Assembly: GCA_963807505.1 (NCBI GenBank)
Contig: CAWECC010000003.1
Coordinates: 88,029 to 112,028 of the forward strand
Source of the DNA: an uncultured Gammaproteobacteria bacterium
GTDB lineage: Bacteria > Pseudomonadota > Gammaproteobacteria > Steroidobacterales > Steroidobacteraceae
DNA length: 24,000 bases
Direction: 5' to 3'
The translations under genes were made by a program, and so were the position numbers. Below the pieces are notes generated by a model. It made no database searches, had not been told where the DNA came from, and saw only the letters and a program-made list of their open reading frames with translations. This document shows, in pieces, positions 8,979 through 18,811 of the stretch (the first letter of the stretch is position 1; each line of letters opens with the position of its first letter).

Positions 8979-9074
8979 GCGAGAGGTCAATCGGCGCGCG
9001 GCGCTCACATTGTCCAAAAGTGACGTCCGCTCCCGCCTGGAGGGTCGGGTGATGCGTGTTGGGAGTCCTGATTT

Positions 9075-9697
9075 GTGGACCGAGCGGCACCAGTGAACCC
9101 GATACTCATCTGTCGCGATTGCGACACCGTATATCGTGCCATTCCCTTACGCCGGGGCGATGTGGCCCTCTGCCGACGCTGTGATGCGGTCCTGGCGCGT
9201 TATTTTGGCGCGAACGTGGAGAGTGGATTGGCACTCGTCTGCGCCGCGGCGATCTTTTTCGCCATCGCCAATCTCACGCCCATCTTAAGCATCGAGATCG
9301 CTGGGATGGAGACCAAGGCCAATATCTGGTTTGCCGTGCGCTCATTGCAGCAGGGCTGGATTTCCGTCGCCGCCGTTGGGGCTTGCGTTCACGACCTTTC
9401 TCATCCCGGCGGTGCAAATAGCGCTCCTTTTCTGGGTGCTGCTGTTCGCGCGCGTCGGGACGCCGGCCGCCCGGCTTTGGACCGATCATGAGGCTGCTTC
9501 ACCGGATGCGTCCCTGGAGCATGACCGAGGTCTTCTTGCTCGGCGCTTTGGTCGCAATCGTGAAACTCGCGAATTGGGTCCCCATTACGGCGGGTGCCGG
9601 CATCTGGGCGATCGCGGCTTTAACAATGGTGCTGGCACTGCTCGGGCGCTGTGACCCGGCGTCTTGGTGGTCGATTGCCCCCGCGGTCAAGACATGA
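9075..9697 (+). pseudogene. pqiA: Paraquat-inducible protein A family, first half-size gene, frameshifted as read (2 breaks)
   Basis: Zn-ribbon-like start CRDCDTVY...CRRCDAVL and PqiA TM segments. Frames run 0>1>2. The joins are WISVAAVG|LAFTTFLIPAVQIALLFW (G4 run, 9378-9381) and ARLW..|(P)IMRLLHRMRPWSMTEVFLLGALVAIVKL (~9481-9487). Confidence 0.85.
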
Positions 9698-10312
9698 CGC
9701 CGTTGAAGCAATCACTCGAACTCGGCTTGGTCCTTTGCCGAACCTGCGGTCTTGCCGTGTCCCGCGCGTCTCTCGGGATAGAGCGGCGCTGTCCGCGCTG
9801 CCAAAGTCGAATCGAGCATCGCACGCCCTTCAGCACCGAGATGACGCTTGCCTGGCTGATTGCAGGTATCGTCTTTTACATTCCCGCGAACCTGCTGCCC
9901 GTGATGCACACCAGCGGATTGCTGGGCGAGGCGGACAGCACCATTCTCGGCGGGATTCTCGAGTTCTGGCGCGCGGGGGACTGGGATATCGCCCTGTTGA
10001 TATTCATCGCCAGCGTTGCGGTGCCCTTCACGAAGTTCATCGCCATCGGCTCTGCTGCTCTTCACCGTACGCAAGAACAGCCGATGGGAGCAACATCAGC
10101 GGACCGTCCTCTACCGGATCGTGGAGTTCATCGGCTATTGGTCGATGCTCGATGTCATCGTGGTCGCATTGACTTCGGCACTGATGCAGTTTCAGGTGTT
10201 GGGCACCGCCGAACCGCGCGCCGGCATCGCCTTCTTTTGCGCCGTCGTGGTCGTTACCATGTTGTCGGCATTGAGCTTCGACCCCCGCTTGATCTGGGAT
10301 CGACGAGCATGA
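9694..10312 (+). pseudogene. pqiA: Paraquat-inducible protein A family, second half-size gene, frameshifted as read (1 break)
   Basis: ATG 9694 overlaps the stop of the first half (ATGA). It carries CRTCGLAV...CPRCQSRI and FYIPANLLPVMH. The join KFIAIG|LLLFTVRKNSRWEQHQRTVLYRIVEFIGYWSMLDV at ~10051 is a +1 shift. It ends at TGA 10310-10312. Confidence 0.85.
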
Positions 10313-11970
10313 GCGCGACGCCGACGCCACCTTCCGAAGAGGAGCTTCCCACGCCGGCGGTGCAGAATCGACGTTGGATTCCGCGATTGGTGTGGGTGGT
10401 GCCGATAGTCGCCGCCGTCATCGGTATTTCACTGCTCATCAGGAATTGGCAGAATGCGGGTCCGCGGATCACGATCAGCTTCTTGAGCGGCGAGGGGGTC
10501 CAAGTGGGCAAGACGCTGGTCAAGTATCGGGACGTCGCGGTGGGGCGCGTATCGGCCGTCGTCCTGAGCGCGGATCACCAAACAGTCGTGGTGAGCGCCG
10601 ATTTGTCGAAAGATGCGGCGAGCTTGCTGAAGGCGGACACTCAATTCTGGATCGTGCGGCCGCGCATCGGCGTGGGCTCGGTGTCGGGGCTCGATACCTT
10701 GCTATCGGGGGTGTATATCGGCATGAAGACCGGCAGCCGCCACGCTGACCGTGAGCGTCAGTTTGTCGGGCTGGAGAATCCGCCCGCTCTTTCGCACGGT
10801 CCGCGCGGTCGCGAGCTTCAGCTGCACGCCGCCCGCGCCGGTTCCCTCGCGATCGGCGCGCCGGTGTATTTTCGGCAGTTCCAGGTCGGTCGCGTGATCG
10901 ATGAGAATCTGCTGCCCGACGGCAGCACGCGAGTGACCGTGTTCGTCGAGGCGCCTTACGATGGCTTCGTGAAGCCCGTGACGCGCTTCTGGAATGCCAG
11001 CGGAATCGACGTCAAGCTCGGCGCCGATGGCCTGAACGTGCAAACCGAATCGTTGGCGGCGGTGCTTGCCGGAGGCCTCGCCTTCGACGACGGGCCGACC
11101 GAAGCCGTCCCGGCGGCGGCCGGCATACCGGGCGAATTCACCCTGTACAAGAACGAAACCGAGGCGATGGCGCCGCCCGATGGGGATCCGCACTACGTCC
11201 GGATGCGGTTCGCACAAGCGCTGCGGGGCCTCGAGGTAGGCGCGCCGGTCGAATTCGTCGGGGTAAACATCGGGTCTGTCGTCGCCGTGGACTTGGGCTA
11301 CGAGCCTCGAGATAAATCCTTTCCGGTCATTGTGACCGCCAAACTCTATCCCCGCCGCATGGGGCAAGCCTATGAGGCACTCGCCGCGCAGGGGAAGACC
11401 GAGAGCGAGGAGACGCTCGCAGCGTTCGTGGGAACCTTGGTCAACCGAGGCCTGCGCGCACAGCCGCGATCGGGAAGCCTGCTGACCGGGAAGCTCTATA
11501 TCGCGCTCGATTTTCTGCCCGCGAGCCCTCGAGCCGCCTTTGATGCGTCGATTCGGCCGCTCGAACTGCCGACGGTGAATGGAACTTTTCAAGAACTGGA
11601 AGCAAGTGTCGGCCGGCTGGTGAAGAAGGTGAATGATCTGCCGCTCGAGCAAATCGCGGCGGATTTGCATACGGACCTCACCGACCTTCACGAAACCTTG
11701 AGCGAGCTCCACACCCGGGTGCTGCCGAGCGCCGTGGATACCTTGTCGGCCCTGCATGGCACGCTCGATTCCGCCGACCGGACTTTGGACGTGGAATCGC
11801 CGTTGCAACGCGGTCTCACCGAGACCTTATCGGAGAGCCGCAGCACCTTGCAGGCCGTGCGTGAATTGGCCGACTATCTCGATCGTCATCCGGATGCGCT
11901 GTTGCGCGGGAGGCGACCGCAGAAGATGCCGCAGAAGCCTGCGCCGTCATCCTCGGACGCCAAACCGTGA
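10309..11970 (+). CDS. pqiB: PqiB-type multi-MCE-domain intermembrane transport protein
   Basis: ATG 10309 overlaps the pqiA stop (ATGA). The product is an intact 553 aa with an N-terminal TM (RLVWVVPIVAAVIGISLLI), repeated MCE-like segments and a C-terminal helical region. This is the 3' two-thirds of track ORF 9664..11970. Confidence 0.9.
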   Translation: MSATPTPPSEEELPTPAVQNRRWIPRLVWVVPIVAAVIGISLLIRNWQNAGPRITISFLSGEGVQVGKTLVKYRDVAVGRVSAVVLSADHQTVVVSADLSKDAASLLKADTQFWIVRPRIGVGSVSGLDTLLSGVYIGMKTGSRHADRERQFVGLENPPALSHGPRGRELQLHAARAGSLAIGAPVYFRQFQVGRVIDENLLPDGSTRVTVFVEAPYDGFVKPVTRFWNASGIDVKLGADGLNVQTESLAAVLAGGLAFDDGPTEAVPAAAGIPGEFTLYKNETEAMAPPDGDPHYVRMRFAQALRGLEVGAPVEFVGVNIGSVVAVDLGYEPRDKSFPVIVTAKLYPRRMGQAYEALAAQGKTESEETLAAFVGTLVNRGLRAQPRSGSLLTGKLYIALDFLPASPRAAFDASIRPLELPTVNGTFQELEASVGRLVKKVNDLPLEQIAADLHTDLTDLHETLSELHTRVLPSAVDTLSALHGTLDSADRTLDVESPLQRGLTETLSESRSTLQAVRELADYLDRHPDALLRGRRPQKMPQKPAPSSSDAKP

Positions 11971-12618
11971 ACGGCCTCTACCTACGGTTCGCTGTTGCTT
12001 GGCTCGTGAGCGTCGGCATCGGCTGTACGTCGGCGCCGGTTCGTTATTACACCTTGACTCCGCCGCCCGACAAGACCTTGCCAGCCTCGGAGACAACCCT
12101 CACCGATCGATGTGCGAGTCGTCCATATCCCGCCGCAACTCAATCGCGCCGAGCTGATGGTTCGCACCGGGCCGACCGAGGTGACGCTTCTCGAGAATGA
12201 GCGATGGGCGTCGCCGGTGAACGATGAAATCAAAGATGCGCTGCGCCTCGAGCTACAGCGCCGGCTGGGCCGCATGACCGGATTGGGCACGGCATTTGCC
12301 AAGCTGACGCTCGACATCGACGTGCAACATCTCGAGGCGGAATTCGGGCGGTACGCACTGCTCGAGGCGTCTTGGAGTGCAACCTTATCCGCCGCGGGTC
12401 AGCGATCCAATGGCGCGCGGGTGACAACCTGTACATTCCAGGCCGACGAAAAGATCGATGCCGGCTACGCAGGAATAGTCGAGGGATATCAACGAGAGAT
12501 CGCGGCGCTCGCCGATGCCATCGTAGCCGTGTTGGCGAGCCGCGCGAACGGTATCGATGCGCCGTGCCAGAAAGCGATCGAAGGTTCGGCCGGCGGGTCC
12601 GCCCCGAAGGACCACTAG
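11967..12618 (+). pseudogene. pqiC: PqiC/YmbA-type (DUF330) auxiliary lipoprotein, frameshifted as read (1 break)
   Basis: GTG 11967 overlaps the pqiB stop (GTGA). It has a lipobox (LVSVGIGC) followed by SAPVRYYTL. The join ...ETTLT|IDVRVVHIPPQLNRAELMVR at ~12105 is a +1 shift. The rest lies in ORF 12112..12618. Confidence 0.8.
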
Positions 12619-12640
12619 ATTCACCAACGCGGGGTCAAAC

Positions 12641-13024
12641 ATGTTTCGCCGAGTTCACCGAGTCAAGTCAATTCTTCAGTTTCTGCGTGAGCGCGCACCG
12701 CATTACGGCCCGCTCGCCAGAGATGATCTACACAAGTTCCGCGACGAGATCGTCAAGGCTTCCGTGGGCGCGAGCATCTCTGCCGCCGCGGGCCTCATAT
12801 TTGCATGCTTCCTGTCGGTCGCAGTGATTGTCTCGGCATGGGATGGCGTGCATCGGATCGCGGTGGCGTGGGCGGTTTGTTGCGGTTGGGGCGTACTCGC
12901 GCTCGGCGGGTTATGGTATGCCCGAAAGGCCATTTCGGGTCCGCCGCCATTTAAGCTCATGGCCGCCGCGCTCGCGCGCGATTATACGAGCCTTCTGGCA
13001 TTGGCGGATCGACAAGAGCCGTAG
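12641..13024 (+). CDS. Small two-TM membrane protein, YqjE/DUF1469 ('phage holin family')-like
   Basis: ATG 12641 is in the frame of ORF 12557..13024. The product has a charged N-terminus, two adjacent hydrophobic helices (ISAAAGLIFACFLSVAVIVSAW / VAWAVCCGWGVLALGGLWYA) and a charged tail. The family call is from pattern memory only. Confidence 0.5.
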   Translation: MFRRVHRVKSILQFLRERAPHYGPLARDDLHKFRDEIVKASVGASISAAAGLIFACFLSVAVIVSAWDGVHRIAVAWAVCCGWGVLALGGLWYARKAISGPPPFKLMAAALARDYTSLLALADRQEP

Positions 13025-13037
13025 GTGCGACGAACGA

Positions 13038-14485
13038 TCAGGGTGTGACGTCGGGTGTGACTTCCGCGATGTCGATCGCTCCCATGGAAAGCGCCAGGGC
13101 GGCCGCAGCCGTGTGTGCATTCGCGCGCGCATCTTCAACTTGCGTGTCGCCTTGAACGACGGCGTTCTCTTCGGTGGCAAGATCCGTATAGGTTCCGACT
13201 CCTTGGCGGTACGAACGCAGCGCCGCATCGTAGGCCGTGTGCGCGGCCTGGCTCAAGGCCGTGGCGGCATCATACTCAGCCAGGCTCGTCAACAATCCGT
13301 TATAGGCGCGCACCACTTGTTGCGACGCGGAGTCGCGCGCCGCCGCCAGTTGTTCCTGCGCCTCCCGCGCTTTGGCGTCGGCCATGGAGATGCGATTGCG
13401 CCGCATGCCGCCGTCAAAGAGCGGGACGCTAAACGACAGGAAAACGCTTTGTCCAGGCCGATCAATATTCGAATAAGGGCCGCCGTCGGAGTTCAACGAC
13501 CCAATATTCTGAAAGGCCTGCCCCGAGAGTTCGATCGTGGGATAGTAGGATCGCCGCTCGCCCTTGAGAGCCGCCTCAGCCGCATCCACTTTGCCGAGCG
13601 CCGCAATGACATCCGGCCGGTGGGCGAGCGCTTGATCGACCGCCTTGGACACGCTGTCGGCCGGAGCGGGCGGTAGCGGCAACTCCGCGCTATCCACCAC
13701 ATCGATTTCCGTAGCGGCAGGCACGCCGAGGGCCGCAATGAGATTTGCGCGCGCGGTTCTCTCGGCGCCTTCGGCCGCTGCCAGCGTATAGCGTGCTTGA
13801 GCCGTTTGTCGCTGCGCCTGCGCCACCGCAACCACGGTGGCGAGGCCGTTATTCTGCTTGGCGACGGCGGCATCCTGCGTGGTGAGAGCGGTACTCAAGG
13901 CCTTCTGCGCGGCATGGAGCCTTCCCCGCGCAGCGCCCAAGTCGAAATACGCCTGCGACACCTCGAATATGAGTTTCTGATGGGCGCCGGTGAAGGCCAC
14001 GTTGGCGACAAAAGAGTCTGCGCGCGCGGCTTGCAATTGGGCATCGCGACGGCCGAAGTCGAAAAGCAACCATTTCAGAGCCAGCGCGGGAATGACTTCC
14101 CGCGTATCGGAGACGAAATAGCCCGCCGGCACCAGGTTTCTTGGGCATCGGCAACGGCGTGTGCTGAAAGCCGCCGATCGCTTGCAAGGAAAGCTGCGGA
14201 AGATACGCGCTTTCTGCGAGGCCGATACCCGCGGCCGCTTCGCGCGCGGCTTCCCAAGCCTCCCGCGTCTTTGGATTTTCTCTTTCCGCAAGATCGACCA
14301 GCGCCGCCAGATCGTACTGCTTGTGCGGAACCGAAAAGCCGGTATCGCCCAGGGCGGCGGCGCGGCTGATGGCCGATTCTGGAATCGCCCAGGGCTGCTC
14401 GGGACTCGGCGGCGCTTGCGCGACCGCCAGGCTGAGCGCTGAACGCGCCGGCAATAAAGGTCAATCCGAACCGTCGAGCGTTCAA
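13038..14485 (-). pseudogene. Outer-membrane efflux factor (TolC/NodT family, MdtP-like), frameshifted as read (2 breaks)
   Basis: TTG 14485 overlaps the FUSC stop (TTGA). The signal peptide MNARRFGLTFIAGAF|(A)LSLAVAQA is broken at ~14438-14443. The N-terminal part is in ORF 13849..14454. The join ...HTPLPMPK|NLVPAGYFVSDTREVIPALALKWLLFDFGRR is at ~14135-14142. The rest lies in ORF 13038..14504 and has typical OMF repeats. Confidence 0.85.
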
Positions 14486-16456
14486 TGCGCTGCCGAAGCA
14501 ACATGCTGAACCTCCGACTCGAGTTGTTCGATGGCGTGTTGGCTCAAGCGTGCATCGGGTTCTATCGCAGTTGCCGGCGAGGAAGCGGTGGGCACGGGAC
14601 TCGGGGGCACTGGCCGATCTCCCGAGAGATTGTCTGCGGCGGACTCGGCCCATTCGGCCAAGCGGGCAGTAGATCCCAGTTCGGCATAGCGGGAAATCGC
14701 ATCCGTCGACACGACGAAGGCCGCTCCCGCGAGCCGTTCGATATTCGCGACGGAGCGGAACATTCAGGCTCTGCTCGCGCATGGCTCGGCAGCATTCGCA
14801 GCTCGAAAAGGCTCAAGGTGCGCAAGTGATCGGCCCGCACCAGTGCCTGAACGGTGCGCATGCGAGCCTCCTCGGCATTGCGTGGCCGACGGATCACGTC
14901 CCCAATCGCGCGCAGCGCCTCGGCAAGCGCCGCACGAATACCGGATCTGGCCGATTGAGGCCAAAACGAACTGAATACAATCGTGATCACGATATTCCCG
15001 AGCAGAATGCCGGCGACTCGGTCGCGAAGGACCGTGAGATCGGTCGCGGGCGCGTAGCCTTGTAGAATGCCCAAAAAGAAGGCGAATGCGATCTGCATGC
15101 CGGCGTAGGAGAGCAATTCACTGCTCGTCGCTACCCATGCGGCGCCCACCGACACGACGGCAATCAGTAGACATAGCTGGCCGATATCCGTGAGATGCGG
15201 GAGGACAAAGACGATGCACAGGGCGGCGATGAGTCCGCCAATGACGGCGCCCGAGAGCCTGAGCACGCAACTTGTGCACGGTCTCGCCCAGGCTGGAGAG
15301 GGCGACAAAAAAGCAAGTGACGACGGCGGTGCGCATCCCGGGCCAGTCGAGCAGCGAGTAGATGGCGTACGAAATCATGACTGCCATCGTGGTCTTCAGG
15401 GCAAATTGCCAATGCGCCGGATTGCTGAACGCGTCGGCGACGAAGAGGCCGTCGAGGCGGGTGAAATGCTTCGGTTTTGTCAGCCGCGGTGACAGGGTGG
15501 CTAATCGCACTTAAGAGGCTGGACAGCGTGCTGCGCACGGCAATCACTGCCGGGGATTGTTCCTTGCTCGAGTCGACGAATTGCGGCGGCGGCGCCAGGG
15601 ATTCATCCATTGCTGGGGCGGCGTCCGACTCGATGGCGAGTCTGCAGGCTCGCAACCGGCTCGCCAGCTCCTCTCGAACATCGTCCGGCAGATCGCCGGG
15701 AAGGGCCTCCAGGACCACCAACGCATCGAGAAGCGCACGTATCACGGGCACCGTGATTCGGCCGGTGCGCGCTCCGCTTTTGGAGCTATGTTGCGCGGTT
15801 TCGAGCAAGGGTAGGAGCCGTGCACGCCATTCAGGAAGGGATTTGCGGTACTCGCCGTTAGCAAGCGAGGTCTCACACTCCTTCAGGACCTTTCGGACGC
15901 TGCGGTCCATGAATGCCACCGCGCCCTGGCCAAACACTAAATTGACGATGATCGTCACGGCCAGCGGCACGAACACCACCACCCATGTCCACAAGGTCGC
16001 GCGTGTCAGGGCCTCCGGGCTTGGTACGTCATCGACCAGCGACTGCAGCAACACGATGACAAAGCCAGCCAGGAAGGAGATGGGACCTAGCGCAAACGTG
16101 CGCGCGGTAAACATGGCAGCAAAGGTCGCCATCGCCATGAGGGGTAATCGCAGTGCGGGTTCGGCGGTATCGATGAGTTCCAGGCCCAAGACCAGGAGAA
16201 TCGCGAGGGTCACGGCGGCCAATGCGCCGAGAGCTGCTGTCACGGTCGCGTTTTTCTCATCCTTGCTGATCAGAAAGCCGATATAGGCCATGTAGGTCGG
16301 CTCGGGTATCTGAAAGATCATCGCGATGACCACTGTGATCGTAGATCCGGTTGCGATGCGCGCGACAGCCGCCCATCGGCCCTCTCGCGGCGCCAGCTCG
16401 AGAGCAAGGACTTCAAGCAGCGGGCGGGATCCTTGCGACTCAGCGAGCGCCGTCAT
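14482..16456 (-). pseudogene. FUSC-family (fusaric-acid-resistance / MdtO-like) inner-membrane efflux protein, frameshifted as read (3-4 breaks)
   Basis: The pieces are ORFs 15164..16456, 15118..15510, 14562..15308 and 14482..14763. The joins are HPVTAADK|[17 protein letters not shown] (~15475-15482), GETVHKLRA|[12 protein letters not shown] (~15260-15266), and a net -1 change at ~14763-14785. Total length is about 658 codons. Confidence 0.85.
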
Positions 16457-17475
16457 GATGCACTTTGACGGATGCGGTTAATCCCACATGCATGGCAAAG
16501 GGGGGCGGGTTATCGAGCCGAATCCAGACAGGAAATCGCTGCGCGACCACGACCCAGTTGAGGTCGCGGCCGGTGACGGGAAGACCAGGACCGTCTTGAT
16601 CCGTCGATTGCACGCCCGCGCCCAAGCTTTCCACCCGCCCTTCAAAGGCGGTGTTGCTTTCGGACATGGTCCACACCGTCGCTCGATCGCCGACGGCGAT
16701 TCGCGGCAATTCGGTTTCTCGAAAGTCGGCGATGGCATACCACGCATCGGACTTGATGAGACTGAAGAGCGGATGCCCGGCGACGGCGAAAGTGCCTTCC
16801 GCAATTTGCAATCCGACTACCTTTCCGGCAAACGGGGCACGCAGAGTCGTCAAGTCGTAGTTGCGCGCGGCATTGGCCTCCGCCGCTTCCGCCCCTTCCA
16901 ATTGAGCTTCGAGGCTCAAGGTATCGCCCACCGCTTGGCGGGCCTGGGTGGCGCTTCGGGTGAGCGCTTGGAGGGATGCTTCGGCAGCGGCTTCGTTCGT
17001 CTTGGCTTCATCCAATTGCTGTTGAGTTACGAAGCCGGGTTTCACCAACGGCTCGAGGCGCTTGCGCGTGTCCTGCGCGTACCTCAGCTGGTCGCGCGCC
17101 TTCTGAACTTGGCTTTCGGCCGCTTGGACGCCGGAACCCTGGGAGGTGACTTGACGTCCCGTCAGAGCGATCTGTGCCTTGAGGGCGGCCACCTGAGCGC
17201 GCGCCTGGCGCAGTTGGAATTCGTACGGCGCCGGATCAATGACGAGGAGCGGCGCACCCTTTGCAACATCTTGATCATTGCGTTACGAGGATCTGGACAA
17301 TACGTCCACTGATCTCCGACGCCATCGCCGCGCTGTAGGCAAAGATACGCGCGTCGTGCGTGCGAGGCCGCCGATCGATCGCGAAGATGACGAGAATGCC
17401 GAGAACGATGGCCAGTCCGATTGCCGTCGTGGCAATCACTTTCCCGCGAAGCGACTTGCCTTCACTCATTGGCAT
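16440..17475 (-). pseudogene. HlyD/MFP-family periplasmic adaptor (MdtN-like), frameshifted as read (1 break)
   Basis: The N-terminal TM part is in ORF 17275..17475 and the rest in the frame of ORF 16440..17192. The join SGRIVQILV|RNDQDVAKGAPLLVIDPAPYEFQL at ~17283-17285 is a +1 shift. The 3' end overlaps the FUSC start by 17 nt. Confidence 0.85.
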
Positions 17476-17478
17476 CTC

Positions 17479-17791
17479 TCAAGACAGCCATATCAGCCAC
17501 ATCGCGAAGGTGCCTGCACAGGCAATCGCCAGCATGACGACGAAGGGGACGGGTATTTCCTGCGAGCAGCCCGGAGGCCTTGAAAATGGCGCGGGCTGCG
17601 AGTGCCAAGGCAATGCCCACCAGCGCGCATACCATCCAAGACGGAAAATACGAGCCTAGAATATTGCGCGAGGGAGCGCCGTCGCAGCCCCCCAGTAAAC
17701 CCAGCAGTGGCGCCGCGCACCACAAGCGAGCCGCCGGCGGAAAGCGGTAGGACGCGCCGCCTCGTTCCGCAGAACTTATCGCAATATTCAT
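17479..17791 (-). pseudogene. YtcA-family small lipoprotein (first gene of the efflux operon), frameshifted as read (1 break)
   Basis: Lipobox LLGLLGGC is followed by ILGSYFPSWMVCALVGIALALAARAI, which resembles E. coli YtcA (IGAYYPSWFFCAI...) as I recall it. The join ...LLAGN|(T)PVPFVVMLAIACAGTFAMWLIWLS at ~17551-17555 is a +1 shift. Stop at 17481-17479, 3 nt before the MFP start. Confidence 0.55.
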
Positions 17792-17828
17792 GACTAGGCA
17801 GTGTCATCGGTTTATCCATCGCCAGCAG

Positions 17829-17844
17829 TCCCCCCTTTGGGGGA
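17829..17844. repeat. C-run/G-run hairpin, copy 3 (TCCCCC-CTTT-GGGGGA)
   Basis: Read directly from the sequence. It lies 38 nt upstream of the ytcA start in the gap between the hydrolase gene and the efflux operon. Confidence 0.6.
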
Positions 17845-17900
17845 GCGACTTCGGCAAAGGTCGGCAGAGCACGGACGGTGCGATCCACAACCGCGAATTT

Positions 17901-17937
17901 GCCCGTGCTCGAGTCGAGCGGCGGCTCGAGCACGGGC
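17901..17937 (-). terminator. Strong hairpin immediately after the hydrolase stop (13-bp perfect stem, 11-nt loop)
   Basis: GCCCGTGCTCGAG (17901-17913) is the reverse complement of CTCGAGCACGGGC (17925-17937). It begins 4 nt after the stop at 17942-17944 on the minus strand. No U-tract follows, so an intrinsic-terminator function is unproven. Confidence 0.45.
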
Positions 17938-17941
17938 CAGA

Positions 17942-18768
17942 TTAGCCCTTAATAAACGCCAACAGATCCGCGTTGATCGTGGCAGCCTCGGTGGTCGGCA
18001 TACCGTGCGGGAAGCCCTCGTAGGTTTTCAAAGTCCCGTTCTTCACCAACTTGGCGCTCAGCGGACCAGAGTCCGCGTACGGCACGATTTGGTCATCATC
18101 GCCGTGCATCACCAACGTGGGAACCGTGATCTTCTTCAAATCTTCCGTGAAATCGGTCTGCGAGAAGGCGACGATGCCATCGTAGTGCGCCTTGGCGCCG
18201 CCCATCATGCCTTGGCGCCACCAGTTCTGAATGACTCCCTGGGAGATCTTCGCGCCTGGCCGGTTGAATCCGTAAAAGGGTCCCGGTGGGCAAATCGAGG
18301 TAGAATTGGGACCGATGTTCGGCGACCTGCGCCTGCAGTCCGTCGAACACCTCCTTGGGTAGTCCGCCGGGATTGGACGCCGTCTTGACCATGAGCGGCG
18401 GGACCGCACTGATGAGCACTGCCTTCGCCACCCGATTCACGCCATGCCGAGCGATATAGCGGACTACTTCGCCGCCGCCGGTCGAATGACCGACATGCAC
18501 GGCACCTTTGAGGTTCAGATGCGAGGTCAGCGCCGCCAAGTCATCGGCATAGTGATCCATATCGTGACCGTCGGCTGTCTGGCTCGAGCGTCCATGGCCG
18601 CGGCGATCATGGGCGATGACCCGATAGCCGTGATTCAAAAAGAACATGAGCTGCGGGTCCCAATCATCGGAGGAGAGCGGCCAGCCGTGCGAAAACACGA
18701 TGGGCGATCCCGCTGCCCCAGTCTTTGTAAAATATCGTAACTCCGTCTTTGGTCGTGATGGTATTCAT
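17942..18768 (-). pseudogene. Alpha/beta-hydrolase of the non-haem (cofactor-free) chloroperoxidase / aryl-esterase type, frameshifted as read (2 breaks)
   Basis: [20 protein letters not shown] is in the frame of ORF 18664..18936. The join |[15 protein letters not shown] at ~18703-18708 leads into ORF 18096..18698, which has the nucleophile motif GHSTGGGE. The join FYLDLPT|[29 protein letters not shown] at ~18283-18286 leads into ORF 17942..18409 ([11 protein letters not shown]). GGAG lies 8 nt upstream of the ATG. Confidence 0.85.
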
Positions 18769-18811
18769 CGGCGTATCTCCGGTGTGATTTGATGGATTGA
18801 CCGATAGTACG

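Noticed and set aside
9664-11970. A single 768-aa ORF in the track that looks like a PqiA-PqiB fusion protein
   Set aside because: Its first ~125 residues are the N-terminal part of the second pqiA half. The next ~90 residues are Arg/His-rich out-of-frame read-through. The true PqiA continuation is in ORF 10016..10312. PqiB starts at the internal ATG 10309, which overlaps that ORF's stop. The long ORF is an accident of the frame break plus high GC.
17493-17933. 146-aa minus-strand ORF spanning the ytcA upstream region as a possible extra operon gene
   Set aside because: It overlaps the ytcA-like gene out of frame and runs through the intergenic hairpin. It has no motifs or RBS-supported start, so it is a shadow ORF.
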